From: Octopus sinensis
Lineage: Eukaryota
Assembly: GCF_006345805.1 (NCBI RefSeq)
Contig: NC_043018.1
Coordinates: 10,230,001 to 10,294,000 of the forward strand
Reading direction: 5' to 3'
DNA: 64,000 nt
Translations under genes and position numbers: made by a program
Notes under the pieces: generated by a model
Databases searched by the model: none
Seen by the model: the letters and a program-made list of their open reading frames with translations, nothing else
Told to the model about the DNA's origin: nothing
Shown here: in pieces, positions 1 to 12,207 of the stretch
Layout: every line of letters starts with the position of its first letter
Position numbering within the stretch: the stretch's first letter is position 1

Positions 1-9
1 CTAACTAAC

Positions 10-50
<41 letters not shown>

Positions 51-1031
51 TATATGTATATGTGTCTATGTATGTATGTCTTTGTGTTTATGCTTGTTCC
101 TGCTCCCCACTGCTTCACAACTGGTGTTGGTGTGTTTATGTCCCCGTAACTTAGCGATTCATCAAAGACACTGATAGAACAAGTACCAGGCTTAAAAAAG
201 GAGTCCTGGGGTCGATTCATTCAACTGAAAATTTATGGTGGTGCCCCAGCATGGCTGCAGTCCAATGACTGAAACAAGTAAAAAATAAAAGATAACTAGG
301 TGCAGGAGTGGTAAGCAGCTTGCTTACCAGCAGCATAGTTCCAGGCTCTGCAAGTGTCTTCTACTGTAGCCTCGGGCCGACCAAAGCCTTGTGAGTGGAT
401 TTGGTAGATGGAAACTGAAAGAAGCCTATCGTATATATGTATATGTATGTGTCTGTGTGTGTGTTTGTCCCATCTTATGCTGGTGTGTTTATATCCCCGT
501 AACTTAACGGTTCGCAAAAGAGACTGATAGAATAACTACTAGGCTTACAAAGAACAAGTCCTGGGGTCGATTTGCTCGACTAAAGGTGGTGCTCCAGCAT
601 GGCTGCAGTCAAATGACTGAAGCGAGTAAAAGAGTAAAAGAACACCTCAGCGCCTTAGTACCCATGACATTTGACTATTCTTAGTTAAATACCACAAAGC
701 TTTTCATTTGGTGCTCTGCCGATTATGTCATCTAACAGTTTTAATAGTTGTTTCAAATTTTGGCACAAGACCAGCTGTTTTGAAGGGAGGGGGCAGAGGG
801 CTAATCAATTACATTGATCCCCCTCTTCCACCCCAAGGATTTGATCAGTACTATATTTTATCAATCCCCAAAGAATGAAAAGCTAAGTGGACGTTGCTGG
901 AATTTGACCATAGAATATTAAGAGCCATGAGAAGCGCCACCAAGCATTGTGTCCGATGTGCTGACCATTCTGGCAGCTTTCTGTCATCACCAGTTTCCAT
1001 AATAAAAGCATAAAAAGGATTTCTGTATTGA

Positions 1032-1063
<32 letters not shown>

Positions 1064-2162
1064 TTAACATCAGTTTTCCATGCTTGGGCCGGACAGCTTA
1101 ACAGGGACTGGCAAGGCCAGGGGCTGTATGAGGTTCCCAGAAAAAAAAAAAAGAATGAAAGGCAAAGTTGACCTCAGTGGAATTGAACTCAGAACGTAGT
1201 GATAGGTGAAATTCCGCTAAGCGTTTTGCCTGGCGTGCTAACGATTCTACTAGCTGGCCACTTATAACAATAAAATGGCTTTTCAAGGTAAATAAATAAC
1301 AAATAACACTTGCCCAAAGTGACATAGGGTGGGACTGATCTCTGAACCATGTGGATGGGGATCAATTTCTTACCACACAGCCATGCCTGCACCTTAGGCT
1401 TAAATACATTATTTAGTGACCAGCAGAAAACCACCCAGAGGGCAGTGTCTCTGTTAGTGTTGAATAATAATTTCTAATACCACTACATTCACAGAGTGGT
1501 TGGCGTTAGGAAGGGCATCCAGCTGTAGAAACATTGCCAGATAAGACTGGAGCCTGGTGCAGCCTTCTGGCTTCCCAGGTCCCCGGTCGAACCGTCCAAC
1601 CCATGCTAGCATGGAGAACGGACGTTAAACGATGATGATGATGATGATGATGAATACAGTTCTAAGATTTGTAAGGCAATAGTATTTTTTTATACTTACT
1701 TTTGCCATTCGTTTAGCTTGTTTTTTACCGCTTTTACGCTGTTTTTCATCTTTGAATAAATAACAAATATATCATATCATATATCCACATATATAAACAA
1801 CATATATAAACAAAATATATATCATGATTGAGGCTTATATTTATCATAGAAATGTTGTGGCAAAGAAGGATTCATATTTAATGAGTACCGCAAGGGTTTA
1901 AACCATATATATATATATATATATATAATATATATATATATACATATATACATACATATATATATATATAATATATATACATATATACATACATATATAT
2001 ATAATGTGTGTATATATATATATATATATATAACACAAATGTAGACACAAATAGATATATATATATACGCAGATAGACAGACAGACAGATAGACAGATAG
2101 ATAGATCAATATAATATATATATATTATATATATATATATACATATATACATAAATACATAT

Positions 2163-2237
<75 letters not shown>

Positions 2238-2261
2238 TATTCATGTATATATAATGTATAT

Positions 2262-3100
2262 AATTAATTTAGAGATGAACCACCCCTCCACAACTCAGTC
2301 TCTAAATTAATTATTTACATATATTATATATATTGAATCTAAATTTTTGCTTATACATATATATAAGTAAATATATGAAGTTGAACGCAAGTGTTATTAA
2401 AATTCTTTTACTTTCGACATATGTTTCGAAGACAACATTGGTTTCATTCCAAAGGAATAAACTGTATAAAATAGTGCAATCTTCTCATCAGGAAAGAAAG
2501 AGAGCCTATCTCAACAACAAGACATTATAACTGTTTTGATGACTGCATAAATGATAAACCGAACGTTATTGAGTATTTAAAAAAAAACCATTAGTAGATC
2601 CGACGTCAAAGGCAGACCCTAGGAAGAGAAGGGGTAAGGAAATAATAAGTAGAGAACAAATATAGAGGGATATATTAGTTGAAAAAATGTTCAAAGGCTT
2701 GGAAGTAGATTTCTCTATTGAAGTAAAGTGCAAGGTGAACTAAATGTTCAAACTATACAGACTGGTATAAATCACTTATATGAGCTAAAGGTATGTTTCT
2801 GCCAGTGCTTACATTTCTAAGATCGCTTTATAAGTGTGTTAACAAGGTGATTCTTAGAGAAGAGAATATGGAAGAGTTCAGAGTTGCAAATGTTACAAAA
2901 TCCTTTGCCCTTATCATAAGGGAAGGAGATGGACAGGACGAACCAATCTAACTTAAAATCCTTATAGTTGTCTTTAAGATGCCAAACCAATTTACTTATC
3001 CCTGTGCTATAACATTTCTTTTTACACACACATAAGATCATTAAAAGCCACAAACAGCCGAAATCACTAAAAAAGATCCCCACAAAGGCAAAATTATTTT
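2262..3100 (-). mobile_element. Penelope-like element 3' fragment (endonuclease C-terminus, HHR-bearing terminal repeat, terminal hairpin)
   Basis: STGISKLVWHLKD...CNICNSE...KRS*KCKH resembles PLE GIY-YIG C-terminal extensions; HHR downstream; ends in (TA)n. Confidence 0.7.
2411..2496 (-). ncRNA. Type I hammerhead ribozyme motif with GUC cleavage triplet
   Basis: CTTTC-CTGATGA-GAAGA...TCTTC-GAAAC-ATAT-GTC-GAAAG: core intact and stems I, II and III all pair. Confidence 0.85.
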
Positions 3101-3119
3101 CTAAAATAATGGACACAAA

Positions 3120-3560
3120 AGTGAAAAATGTGGTCGACCAACTTGTGCAACTTGCCCAAACCTTCTAGAAGGATCAGAATTCCTTTTCAAAGAGGGACAA
3201 AAATTCAAAATCAAATCTGATTTATGTTATAAGATGCTTGGGCTACCACCAAAATTACATAGGGTCCATGGGATTATCACTCAGATGCAGATGCACTCTG
3301 CAACGACAGCAGATTGTATTCCCAGAATACAGAATGATACCCTTTAGTGAACACATTGAGTGATATGCAAAGCAACTGCTACCACAATTTGTAATCTTTC
3401 TGTTTTATCAATGTGCCATTGGAACACCAACACAAGTTAGATTAAATAAGGAAACCTACTTCTTTGAAAAATATAAGCCAAAACTTAACCATTTCTAGCA
3501 TTTTTAAATAGGGAAACTTACCTCATTGAAAAAATATAAAGCAAAATTTAACCACTTTCA
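3120..3560 (+). mobile_element. Penelope-like GIY-YIG endonuclease fragment, frameshifted
   Basis: KCGRPTCATCPNLLEG... then CLGYHQNYIGSMG..LRCRCTLQRQQI..PEYRMIPFSEHI...KYKPKLN*. Confidence 0.75.
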
Positions 3561-3886
3561 ACATTCTATTCTTTCTAAACCAAATTATGTTAAATTAATA
3601 AAACCTGGTCATTCCTAACATTTTTGATAATCTCTCTCTTACACTGAAAAAATCCCTGATTATCTTCCCCTGTCTGGAACTCTCATATTTCACATCATAG
3701 CGAAGAGACGACATAATATCGGTAAAGAAATTTGAGAAGTTTGAAAAGAAAATACAAAACCAGTTATTTCTTCAAAAACAATGTTACTATACACAAAATT
3801 TTATAACATTTTTCTAGCATAATGATTTAAATATATTCTTTACTGATATACCACAAGTCTTCTGTGGTTTTTTTCACTCTATTTTG

Positions 3887-3928
<42 letters not shown>

Positions 3929-3984
3929 AATTAAATAATAAGGGTAGAAATTGATATTAATCAATTAATCCAAAATTATGTTAC

Positions 3985-4438
3985 ATACAAAATTAAGAAG
4001 AATGACCATTAAAGTGGACACCTGATATGCTAAACATAGACGTCAAATCACCATTACCACAAAGAATGTGTTCTCAAGAAAAGTGAAGACATTTGAAAAA
4101 TACACCCAAATATAATTTGTAGAACTTTATACATACTCGATTTCAGTTGAGCATTCTGTATCTAGTTCTGGAAATTGTGTTTTGTAAGCGACAGACTACG
4201 CTGACGATCTTGCAGATATCTGCATGTTTGCATAAGTAGATATTAACAAGTGAAACCATTGGTACATAAGTAATCGTTTTTTATTTCGTATATTTTCATT
4301 TGTCTTGCTTATTTTTACACTTTGGTTTTTTCCTGAATTTTTTCTTAAGAACACATTCTTCATGGTAATGGGGATTTGATGTCTATGTTTAGCATATTAG
4401 GTGTCCACTTTAGTGGTCATTCCTCTTAATTTTGTGTA
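3985..4438. mobile_element. Inverted-repeat element (about 90-bp arms) with an internal hammerhead, flanked by (TA)n
   Basis: 3990-4077 is the reverse complement of 4348-4438. Confidence 0.7.
4196..4270 (+). ncRNA. Hammerhead-like motif (GUA), slightly decayed
   Basis: CTGACGA 4201-4207, CTTG/CAAG stem II, GAA-ACC-ATT-GGT-A; stem I has one mismatch. Confidence 0.6.
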
Positions 4439-4486
4439 TATATATATATTTATAAACTGGTATCAAAGAGCCTTTGTGACACCTAC

Positions 4487-4624
4487 TTGGGACCTGCTGC
4501 TCTCCATCTTCGTCGATTGCTGCTTTACTCTTTGAAGCTTTATGCTTCCCTGATTTCTTATCTTTGTGTTTCTTCTCCAGTTTGCCTTCCTCAGTCTGAC
4601 TTTCTGTGTCATATTCTGCAGTCT
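4487..4624 (-). CDS. Exon (46 codons, phase 1-1): ETAEYDTESQ...DGEQQVP; gene continues toward lower coordinates
   Basis: gtgcttacttgtgCAG acceptor, CAA|GTAGGT donor; inside ORF 4410-4649. Confidence 0.8.
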
Positions 4625-4849
4625 CTGCACAAGTAAGCACACATATCAATATATTCCCTTTATCACAATCGTTTTTAATATTTCATTTACTCACAATAGA
4701 TTAGACTGCCGAAAAAAATTCCAAACATCAGGTTAGAACAATGAACTTTAGATGACAAGAACCTTCCGAAGTATCCTAAATCTTCCTAATAATACTGTCT
4801 TCTGGTGCTGCACTAAACTAGGATTCATGTCAGTTTCCTTTCTCCATCT

Positions 4850-5232
4850 CTTTTTACTCTTTTACTTTGGCCATGCTGGAGCACCGCATTTAGTCAAGCA
4901 AATCGACCCCAGGACTTATTCTTTGTAAGCCTAGTTCTTATTCTGTTGGTCTCTTTTGCCGAACCGCTAAGTTACAGGGACGTAAACACACCAGCATCGG
5001 TTGTCAAGCGATGACGGGGGGACAAACACAAACACACAAACATATACACATACATATATATATGTACATATATACGACGGGCTTCTTTCAGTTTCCGTCT
5101 ACCAAATCCATTCACAAGGCTTTGGTCAGCCCAAGGCTATAGTAGAAGACACTTGCCCAAGGTGCCATGCAGTGGGACTGAACCCAGGACCATGTGGTTT
5201 GTAAGCGAGCTACTTACCACACAGCCAGCACC
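4850..5232 (-). mobile_element. tRNA-derived SINE family A (internal TA/CA microsatellite, AAAGAGT tail)
   Basis: A/B-box-like head GTGGCTGTGTGGTAAG...GGTTCAGTCCC; other copies at about 297-640, 15374-15792, 18679-19070, 20221-20632, 28175-28600, 49225-49600, 52181-52566, 58538-58965 and 61740-62160. Confidence 0.85.
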
Positions 5233-5235
5233 TTA

Positions 5236-5562
5236 AAAAAAAGACTCCGCCGGTTACGACGACGAGGGTCCCAGCTGATACGATCAACGGAACAGCTTGC
5301 TCGTGAAATTAACGTGCAAATGGCTGAGCACTCCACAGACATGTGTACCCTTAACGTAGTTCTCGGGGATAATCAGCGTGACACAGAGAGTGACAAGGCT
5401 GACCCTTTGAAATACAAGTACAACTCATTTTTGCCAGCTGAGTGGACTGGAGCAACGTGAAATAAAGTGTCTTGCTCAAGGACACAACGCGTCGCCGGGA
5501 ATCGAACTCACAACCTTACGATCATGAGCCGAATGCCCTAACCACTAAGCCACGCGCCCTCA
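5236..5562 (-). mobile_element. tRNA-derived SINE family E
   Basis: Head GGCTTAGTGGTTAGGG...GAGTTCGATTCCC, then GTGTCCTTGAGCAAGACAC; related copy at about 36910-37225. Confidence 0.8.
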
Positions 5563-5844
5563 TAGCCAGCACCTATAACTACTGGAATACATTTTCCCCT
5601 AACTCAATGGCTAGCTCCTGAGACTTTGTTATTTTCTCTTTACCTCTCACATTTACTTTCTCATCATTTGAAACTGTAAGGTCAATTACCAGGCCCTTTC
5701 TGTTCTCTTTGTCTACTTCTACTAAACCTGGTCTTCTAGTTTCTACTACTCTGTCAATCTGAATGTCAAAATTCCACAACATTTTATATTTCTTACTATC
5801 TAGCACTTTACTAGGTTCATGTTCATGCCATTTATCAATATGTA

Positions 5845-7051
5845 TTTCTTTACTGCCCAGAAGGGGCCAAACATAGAGGGGACAAACAAGGGCAGACGAA
5901 GATATTGAGTCGATTATATTGCCCCCAGTGCGAAACTGGTACTTTATTTATCGACCCCGAAAGGATGAAAGGCAAAGTTGACCTTGGCAGAATTTGAACT
6001 CAGAACGTAACGACAGACGAAATACTGCTAAGCATTTTGCCTGGCGCGCTAACGTGTCTGCCAGCTCGCCGGTCCATCTAAACTTTCTGGGTTCAAATTT
6101 CCCTGAGATTGACTTTGCATTTTATCACTTTGCACTTGATGAAATAAGTACCAGTTGAGTAACAGGGTTCATATCATTAACTTCCCCACACACCCTCAAA
6201 ATCTCAGGCCCTGTGCCTATAGTAGAAAGGATTATTATTGTTGTTGTTGTTGTTGCTGTTTGATTGGAGAGCAGGAGAGCAGGTGAGAGTGCTCGTACCT
6301 TTGTTGGTGAGTGTAATCCTGGCTCTGTGGAGTTTCTTGATTGGCCCTAATTGGAGTTTCTTATTCCTTTATTGCCCACAAGGGGCTAAATACAGAGGGG
6401 ACAAACAAGGGCAGACAAAGGGATTAGGTCGATCACATCGACCCCAGTGCATAACTGGTACTTAAGCGGAGAGCTGGCAGAAACGTTAGCACGCCGGGCG
6501 AAATGCTTAGCGGTATTTCGTCTGCGTTACATTGTGAGTTCAAATTCCGCCGAGGTCGACTTTGCCTTTCATCCTTTCGGGGTCGATAAATTAAGTACCA
6601 GTTACGCACTGGGGTCAATGTAATCAACTTAATACCTATGTCTGTCCTTGTTTGTCCCCTCTGTATTTAGCCCCTTGTGGGTAATAAAGAAATAGGTACT
6701 TAATTTATTGACCCCGAAAGGATGAAAGGTAAAGTCGACCTCGGCGGAATTTGAACTCAGAACGTAATGGCGGACAAAATACCGCAAAGCATTTCACCCA
6801 GCGTGCTAACGTTTCTTATTTCTTTACTGCCCACAAGGGCCTACACACAGAGGGGACAAACAAGGACAGACTAACAGATTAAGTCGATTATATCGACCCC
6901 AGTGCGTAACTGGTACTTATTTAATTGACCCCGAAAGGATGAAAGGCAAAGTCGACCTCGGCGGAATTTGAACTCAGAACGTATAGCATCAAACGGAATA
7001 ACGCTAAGGATTTCACCCAGCGTGCTAACGATTCTGCCAGTGTGCTCGCCT
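5845..7051. mobile_element. Cluster of SINE family B copies, one inserted inverted into another
   Basis: Repeated GAGCTGGCAGAA..GAGTTCAAATTCC..GCCTTTCATCCTTTCGGGGTCG; GTACTTA duplicated around the inner plus-strand copy; further clusters at 8980-9375, 20875-21145, 24361-24586, 61380-61610 and 63000-63960. Confidence 0.85.
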
Positions 7052-7255
7052 TAATTGGAGTTTCTGCTGTGTCAGGAGGACCCCATCATTCATGTATTTT
7101 CATTGCATTTCACCGTCTTTTCCATCTCCTTCTCCCCATCCTTTATGGAAATCCCCACATAAATAATTGTCTGTCCTTGTGATGTTTCCGTCATCTATGC
7201 CCCATTGGCTAATAAAACAAAATTACTATTATCATTATCATTATTATCATTATTA

Positions 7256-7290
<35 letters not shown>

Positions 7291-8163
7291 GTCTTTTTTT
7301 TTCTTCTTCTTTCAAATTTGCTTCCATTTCTTGCCGAGCGTCTTCCCGACTCCTAGGGCAAAGAAACTCATAGTATACATTGGTAGGCCATTAAACTAAA
7401 CTCACTAGTTCGTTCTTTTTTTTTTTTTAAGTTAAATTAAAATGCATGGGTAGTAATAGTTCTCACATCGACAATGCTCTTCTCAATACGTGTGATGTAC
7501 CAGTTAAGACAATCTTTTGCACTTCTTGCAGGGATGGTAAGCCAGGGATCATTCTCATATAATTTTCGGTTCCCTTCTTGATCATTCCTAGTGCTCCTAT
7601 GATCACTGGTATTGTAACCGCCTTGAGATGCCACATTTTCTCAATTTCAATGAGCAGGTCTTTATATTTTCTGAGCTTGTCAAACTCTTTCGCTGAGATA
7701 TTATGATCACAGGGGATGCTCATGTCGATCAATAAGCAAACTTTATTGTTTTGGTCTTTCACAACAATATCCAGTTTATTGGCTTTGATGGTTCGGTCTG
7801 TATGTACTGGAAAGTCCCACAGAATCGTTACATTTTCTCCTTCAGTTACAGCTTCAGGGTGGTGATTATACCACTTGTCGGCAGTTTTGATATTGTAATG
7901 CTGACTTATTAGCCAGTGTAGATATTGGCCAACTCTGTCATGTTTTAATTTATACTCCACTGGTGCTAAGACTTTACATCCAGAGATTAGGTGGTCCACT
8001 GTTTCAATCATGTCGTTGCAGAATCGGCATTTTGGGTCTGCTCCATTTTTCATCACATTGGCCTGGTAGTTCCGGGTTAATAGGCTTTGATCTTGAGCAG
8101 CCAGGATGAAACCTTCGCTCTCTGCTTTTAGCCCTGAGCTCTGTAGCCACTGATGGGTTTGCT
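7291..8163 (-). mobile_element. 5'-truncated R4/Dong-clade non-LTR retrotransposon (CCHC knuckle, restriction-like endonuclease, 3'UTR)
   Basis: CRFC..ETVDHLISGC, KHDRV, LDIVVKDQ..LLIDMSIP, KLRKYKDL; flanked on both sides by (AAT)n. Confidence 0.9.
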
Positions 8164-8201
8164 TCTTCTTCTTCTTCTTCTTATCATTATCATTATTATT
8201 A

Positions 8202-8236
<35 letters not shown>

Positions 8237-8518
8237 TAAGTGGCAAACTGGCAGAATTGTTAGAACACCAGGCCAAATGCTTAACAGTATTTCACCCGTC
8301 ACTACATTACATTCTGAGTTCAAATTCTGCCAAGGTCGACTTTGCCTTCCATCCTTTTGGGGTTAATAAAATAAGTCACCAGTTGATCCCTGGGGTCGAT
8401 GTAACTGACTCATCCTCCAAGCTCCCTTTGTGGCAAAATTTGAAACTATTATTATTATCATCATTATCATTATTATTGTTATTATGATTATTATTATTAT
8501 TATTATTATTTTTATTAT

Positions 8519-8785
8519 TGGTGCATGGCTTAGTGGTAAGGGTGTTGCACTCGTGATCTAGCGGTTGTGATTTCAGTTCCTAGACTGGGTGGTGTGTTGT
8601 GTTCTTGAACAAAACACTTCATCTCATGTTGCCTTGTGATCACTTCAACACCTGATGCGAGGTACACAGTGCACCTGGTAAGATAACATCGATTTGATGG
8701 AGGACGTGAGCTAATGTGCAGCATGAACATTTGATCTCTGTAAACAAATCCTTTGTGCAGGTCATTCATCTTCGATGGGAGAGTC
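8519..8785 (+). mobile_element. tRNA-derived SINE (additional family)
   Basis: GGCTTAGTGGTAAGGG head, GTGTTCTTGAACAAAACAC core, (CAT)n tail; related head at about 54705-55040. Confidence 0.65.
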
Positions 8786-9373
8786 CATCATCATCATCAT
8801 CATTATTATTTTACGGTCTGAGCTCGAATTCCACTAAGGTCGTCTTTGCCTTTCATCTCTTCGGGGTTGATGAAATGAGTACCAGTCATGTACTGGAGTC
8901 GATGTAATTGACTTACCCACTTCCCCTCAAATTTCAGGCCTTGTGCCTACAGTAGAAAGGATTATTATTATTATTAAGATGGTGAGCTGGCAGAATCGGT
9001 AGCACACTCGAAGAAATGCTTAGCGGTATTTCGTCTGTCGCTACATTCTGAGTTCAAATTCCACCAAGGTCGACTTTGCCTTTCATCCTTTCGGGGTCGA
9101 TTAAATAAGTACCAGTTATGCACTGGGGTCAATGTAATCGACTTAATCCATTTGTCTGTCCTTGTTTGTCCTCTCTGTGTTTAGCCCCTTGTGGGTAGTA
9201 AAGAAATAGGTGTTTCGTCTGTCTTCGTGTTCTGAGTTCAAATTCTGCTGAGGTCAACTTTGCTTTTATCCTTTTAGGGTCAATAAATTAAGTACCAGTG
9301 AAACACTGAAGTTGATGTAATTGACAAGTTTCCAGTACTCCAGATTTCAGGCCTTGTGCCTATAGTAGAAAGG

Positions 9374-9418
<45 letters not shown>

Positions 9419-9764
9419 TTGGATTATTATTATTTTGGCACATAAGAGAACCATCTGAACGTGGCCATAGCCAGCACCGCCCTGACTGGCCTCCGTGCCG
9501 GTGGCACATAAAAAGCAACGACCGATCGTGGCTGTTGCCAGCCCCCCCTGGCACCTGTGCCGGTGGCACGTAAAAAGTACCCACTACACTCACGGAGTGG
9601 TTGGCGTTAGGAAGGGCATCCAGCCGTAGAAACACTGCCAGATCAGACTGGGCCTGGTGCAGCCTTCTGGCTTCCCAGACCCCAGTTGAACCGTCCAACC
9701 CATGCTAGCATGGAAAGCGGACGCTAAACAATGATGATGATGATTATTATTATTATTATTAATA

Positions 9765-10100
9765 TTTTAACTCAGGTTTCGTTAGAACTCCTGGGGTCTT
9801 GCATGTGTAGTGGGCTTGCTTCCTGCTGCCTTTGGTTAACTGTTATCTGTTCTTTTCAGCTAATACTTTCCTGATGATTCTGGCCATGCCAAGGAGGCAA
9901 ACCTTTTGTAACAGTTCTACGGGGCACTCTATTCTGCTTTCCTTTACATCCCTCTTGATGCCTTCTGATTTTGTCTCCAAGGACCCAACAATAATTGGCA
10001 TTTTCTTCACCTTCATTTTCCACAATTGAGCCATCTTGTATTCAAGGGAATTGCACATGTGTATTTTTTGGTTTTCCTTCATGTATCAAAGGGGCACACA
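9765..10100 (-). mobile_element. R4/Dong-type 3' end, second family
   Basis: MPIIVGSL...LLQKVCLLGMARIIRKVL; (AAT)n tail; same family at about 33000-33210. Confidence 0.75.
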
Positions 10101-10274
10101 ACATTTGTTAGAAAGGACATTATTAAAGTGGAGGGTTGGCAGAATCATTAGCATATTGGGCAATATGCTTAGCAACATTTCATCCATCTTTATGTTCTGA
10201 GTTCAAATCCCGCCAAGGTCAACTTTGCCTTTCATCCTTTCAGGGTTGATAAATTAAGTACCAGTTGCATACAG

Positions 10275-10588
10275 TGGAGGCCCATGGCTGAGTGGTTAGA
10301 GCAGCAGACTCGCGGTCGAGGGATCGTGGGTTCGAATCTCAGACCGGGTGATGTGTGTGTTTATGAGCAAAACACCTAAGCTCCACGTGGCTCTGGCAGA
10401 AGGTAATGGCGAACTTCTACTGACTCTTTCGCCACAACTTTCTCTTTCTCTTTCCTCCTGCATCTTGCAGCTCACCTGCGACGGACCGGCGTCCCGTCCA
10501 GGTGGGGAACCTATACGCCAAGAAACCAGGAAACCGGCCCTTATGAGCCAGGCATGGCTTGAGAAGGAACAAATATATATATATATAT
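10275..10588 (+). mobile_element. tRNA-derived SINE family C inserted into a SINE B
   Basis: 12-bp TSD AGTTGCATACAG (10263-10274 and 10589-10600); A and B boxes; minus-strand copy at about 36600-36910. Confidence 0.85.
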
Positions 10589-10661
10589 AGTTGCATACAG
10601 GAGTTGATCTAACCAACTGGCTCCCTCCATCAAAATTTCAGGCCTTGTGCCTATATTAGAA

Positions 10662-10719
<58 letters not shown>

Positions 10720-11417
10720 TCTAGTCTTATTTTTATCACTTGCTTTCACTGCACCGCTAAGCACAACTCTTTGTGTCTTTGGTATGTGTTGTGGTTTGTT
10801 TTGGTGTTGTTATTTTCATGGCATTGAAAGAGTTTCATGTAGGATGCATGTGGTGCTCAGTAGTGCTATTTTCCGTCAAACACTCTGTAGATGGAGATTC
10901 TCCTGGAACAAGAAAACTGCATCATTCTTGTGTTCACATGCTTTGCATAACAATCTGTCTGCCATGTGCAATCTGCTGGTGAGTTCCTTTTTGCTTAAAG
11001 TCCCCCATTTCTTGGGGGCTCATTGATATTTTACATTGGAAAGTTTGTTCTCTCATCATTATTTTTGTTGATGGTGTCAGCTGTGGTTGAGAAGTACATC
11101 AGTGGAAAGACTGGGAGAATTTGCAGAGATCAATGGTGATGTTATGAAGGAGGGGAAAGCGTACAGTATTGAATTTCTGTTGGAGTAGGAATATTGCATA
11201 ACTGGGTGAGAGATCTGTGTTGTCGCATTTGTCCTTTAGCTGAGTAGCTTTGCACCACGGGACTGCCCAATCAGGACGTGTCTGGAACATGAACAACAAC
11301 GACAGCAACAACAATAACAACAACAACAATAACAACAATGGTAGCAACAACCATAAGAATAAACAGCAGCAACAACATTATTTAGACATCAGTCAAGTGT
11401 CTGAATCAAATATTTAA

Positions 11418-11871
11418 CCCCTTAACATTCAAATTGGCTGTATCTGGCACAAATACTTTCCCTATTTAATGTTCAGACTTCACCTATTTAATATAGGTGT
11501 GAGAGGCCAGATCCAGCCTCTCACACCTATCCTACTATGTCATCCTAAAATAAACAATCGCATCACTGAAATCTCAAATCTATAAGATAATGCATGGTTA
11601 ATTCAAAACGCTGCAAATAGATAAGGATTATATTTGACAGACTAATCGAAATGCTAAGGGTTTCAACCAGCCATTTCCAGCCCAAACATTTTATCCATTT
11701 AATGTTTAGACTGGCCAGATTCGGTTTCTCACACCTACCCTACAATGTCATTCTAAACATATTGCAATCACATCATTGAAATCTCAAAGCTATAAGGTAA
11801 TGCATAATTAATACAAAACAAACTGAATAAATAAGGATTACATTTGACAGAGTAATCTGAATGCTAAAGGG
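11418..11871. mobile_element. piggyBac-like MITE (tandem dimer)
   Basis: TTAA on both flanks, CCC...GGG termini, internal repeat of about 220 bp. Confidence 0.7.
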
Positions 11872-11889
11872 TTAAAGGGTTAGACAAAC

Positions 11890-12207
11890 CTTGTGAGGAA
11901 CTTTCTGGCGCGACTGACGATTTTAGAAAGCTAGATGTAGATAGCTGATCCTGTTTTGCCTGTAAATTTTTTGCTTTCTCACTGTCAGTCATTTGAGGAG
12001 GGTCTTTTTGTAAGCTATCAGCACTATGGACTCCGTCCCTTGCTATGCCATCCACAAGATCTGCCGAATCTTTTAGACTTTTGGCACGAGCACCTTGTCG
12101 GTCAACAGCTGACTCTCTAGAAGCACTTTCGAATTCAAAGGTTGGAAGACTTTCGAATCTCACTTTGGAAGTGCTGCCCTCAGGTTCTTGGACTGCTTTC
12201 AAGCGGT
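11890..12207 (-). CDS. Exon (106 codons, phase 1-1): RLKAVQEPEG...PESSSQ
   Basis: Pyrimidine-rich ...ttctaattcCAG acceptor, AAG|GTTTGT donor; inside ORF 11864-12319. Confidence 0.87.

Larger units (their letters stand above)
4700..5830 (-). mobile_element. R4/Dong-clade non-LTR 3' fragment split by two SINEs
   Basis: RLE motif LWNFDIQIDRVVETRRPGLVEVDK (5579-5806) and terminal QKTVLLGRFRILRKVL* (about 4750-4810). Confidence 0.7.

Noticed and set aside
690-745. Possible next exon DIIGRAPNEKLC (minus, phase 1)
   Set aside because: Acceptor lacks a pyrimidine tract; too short to support.
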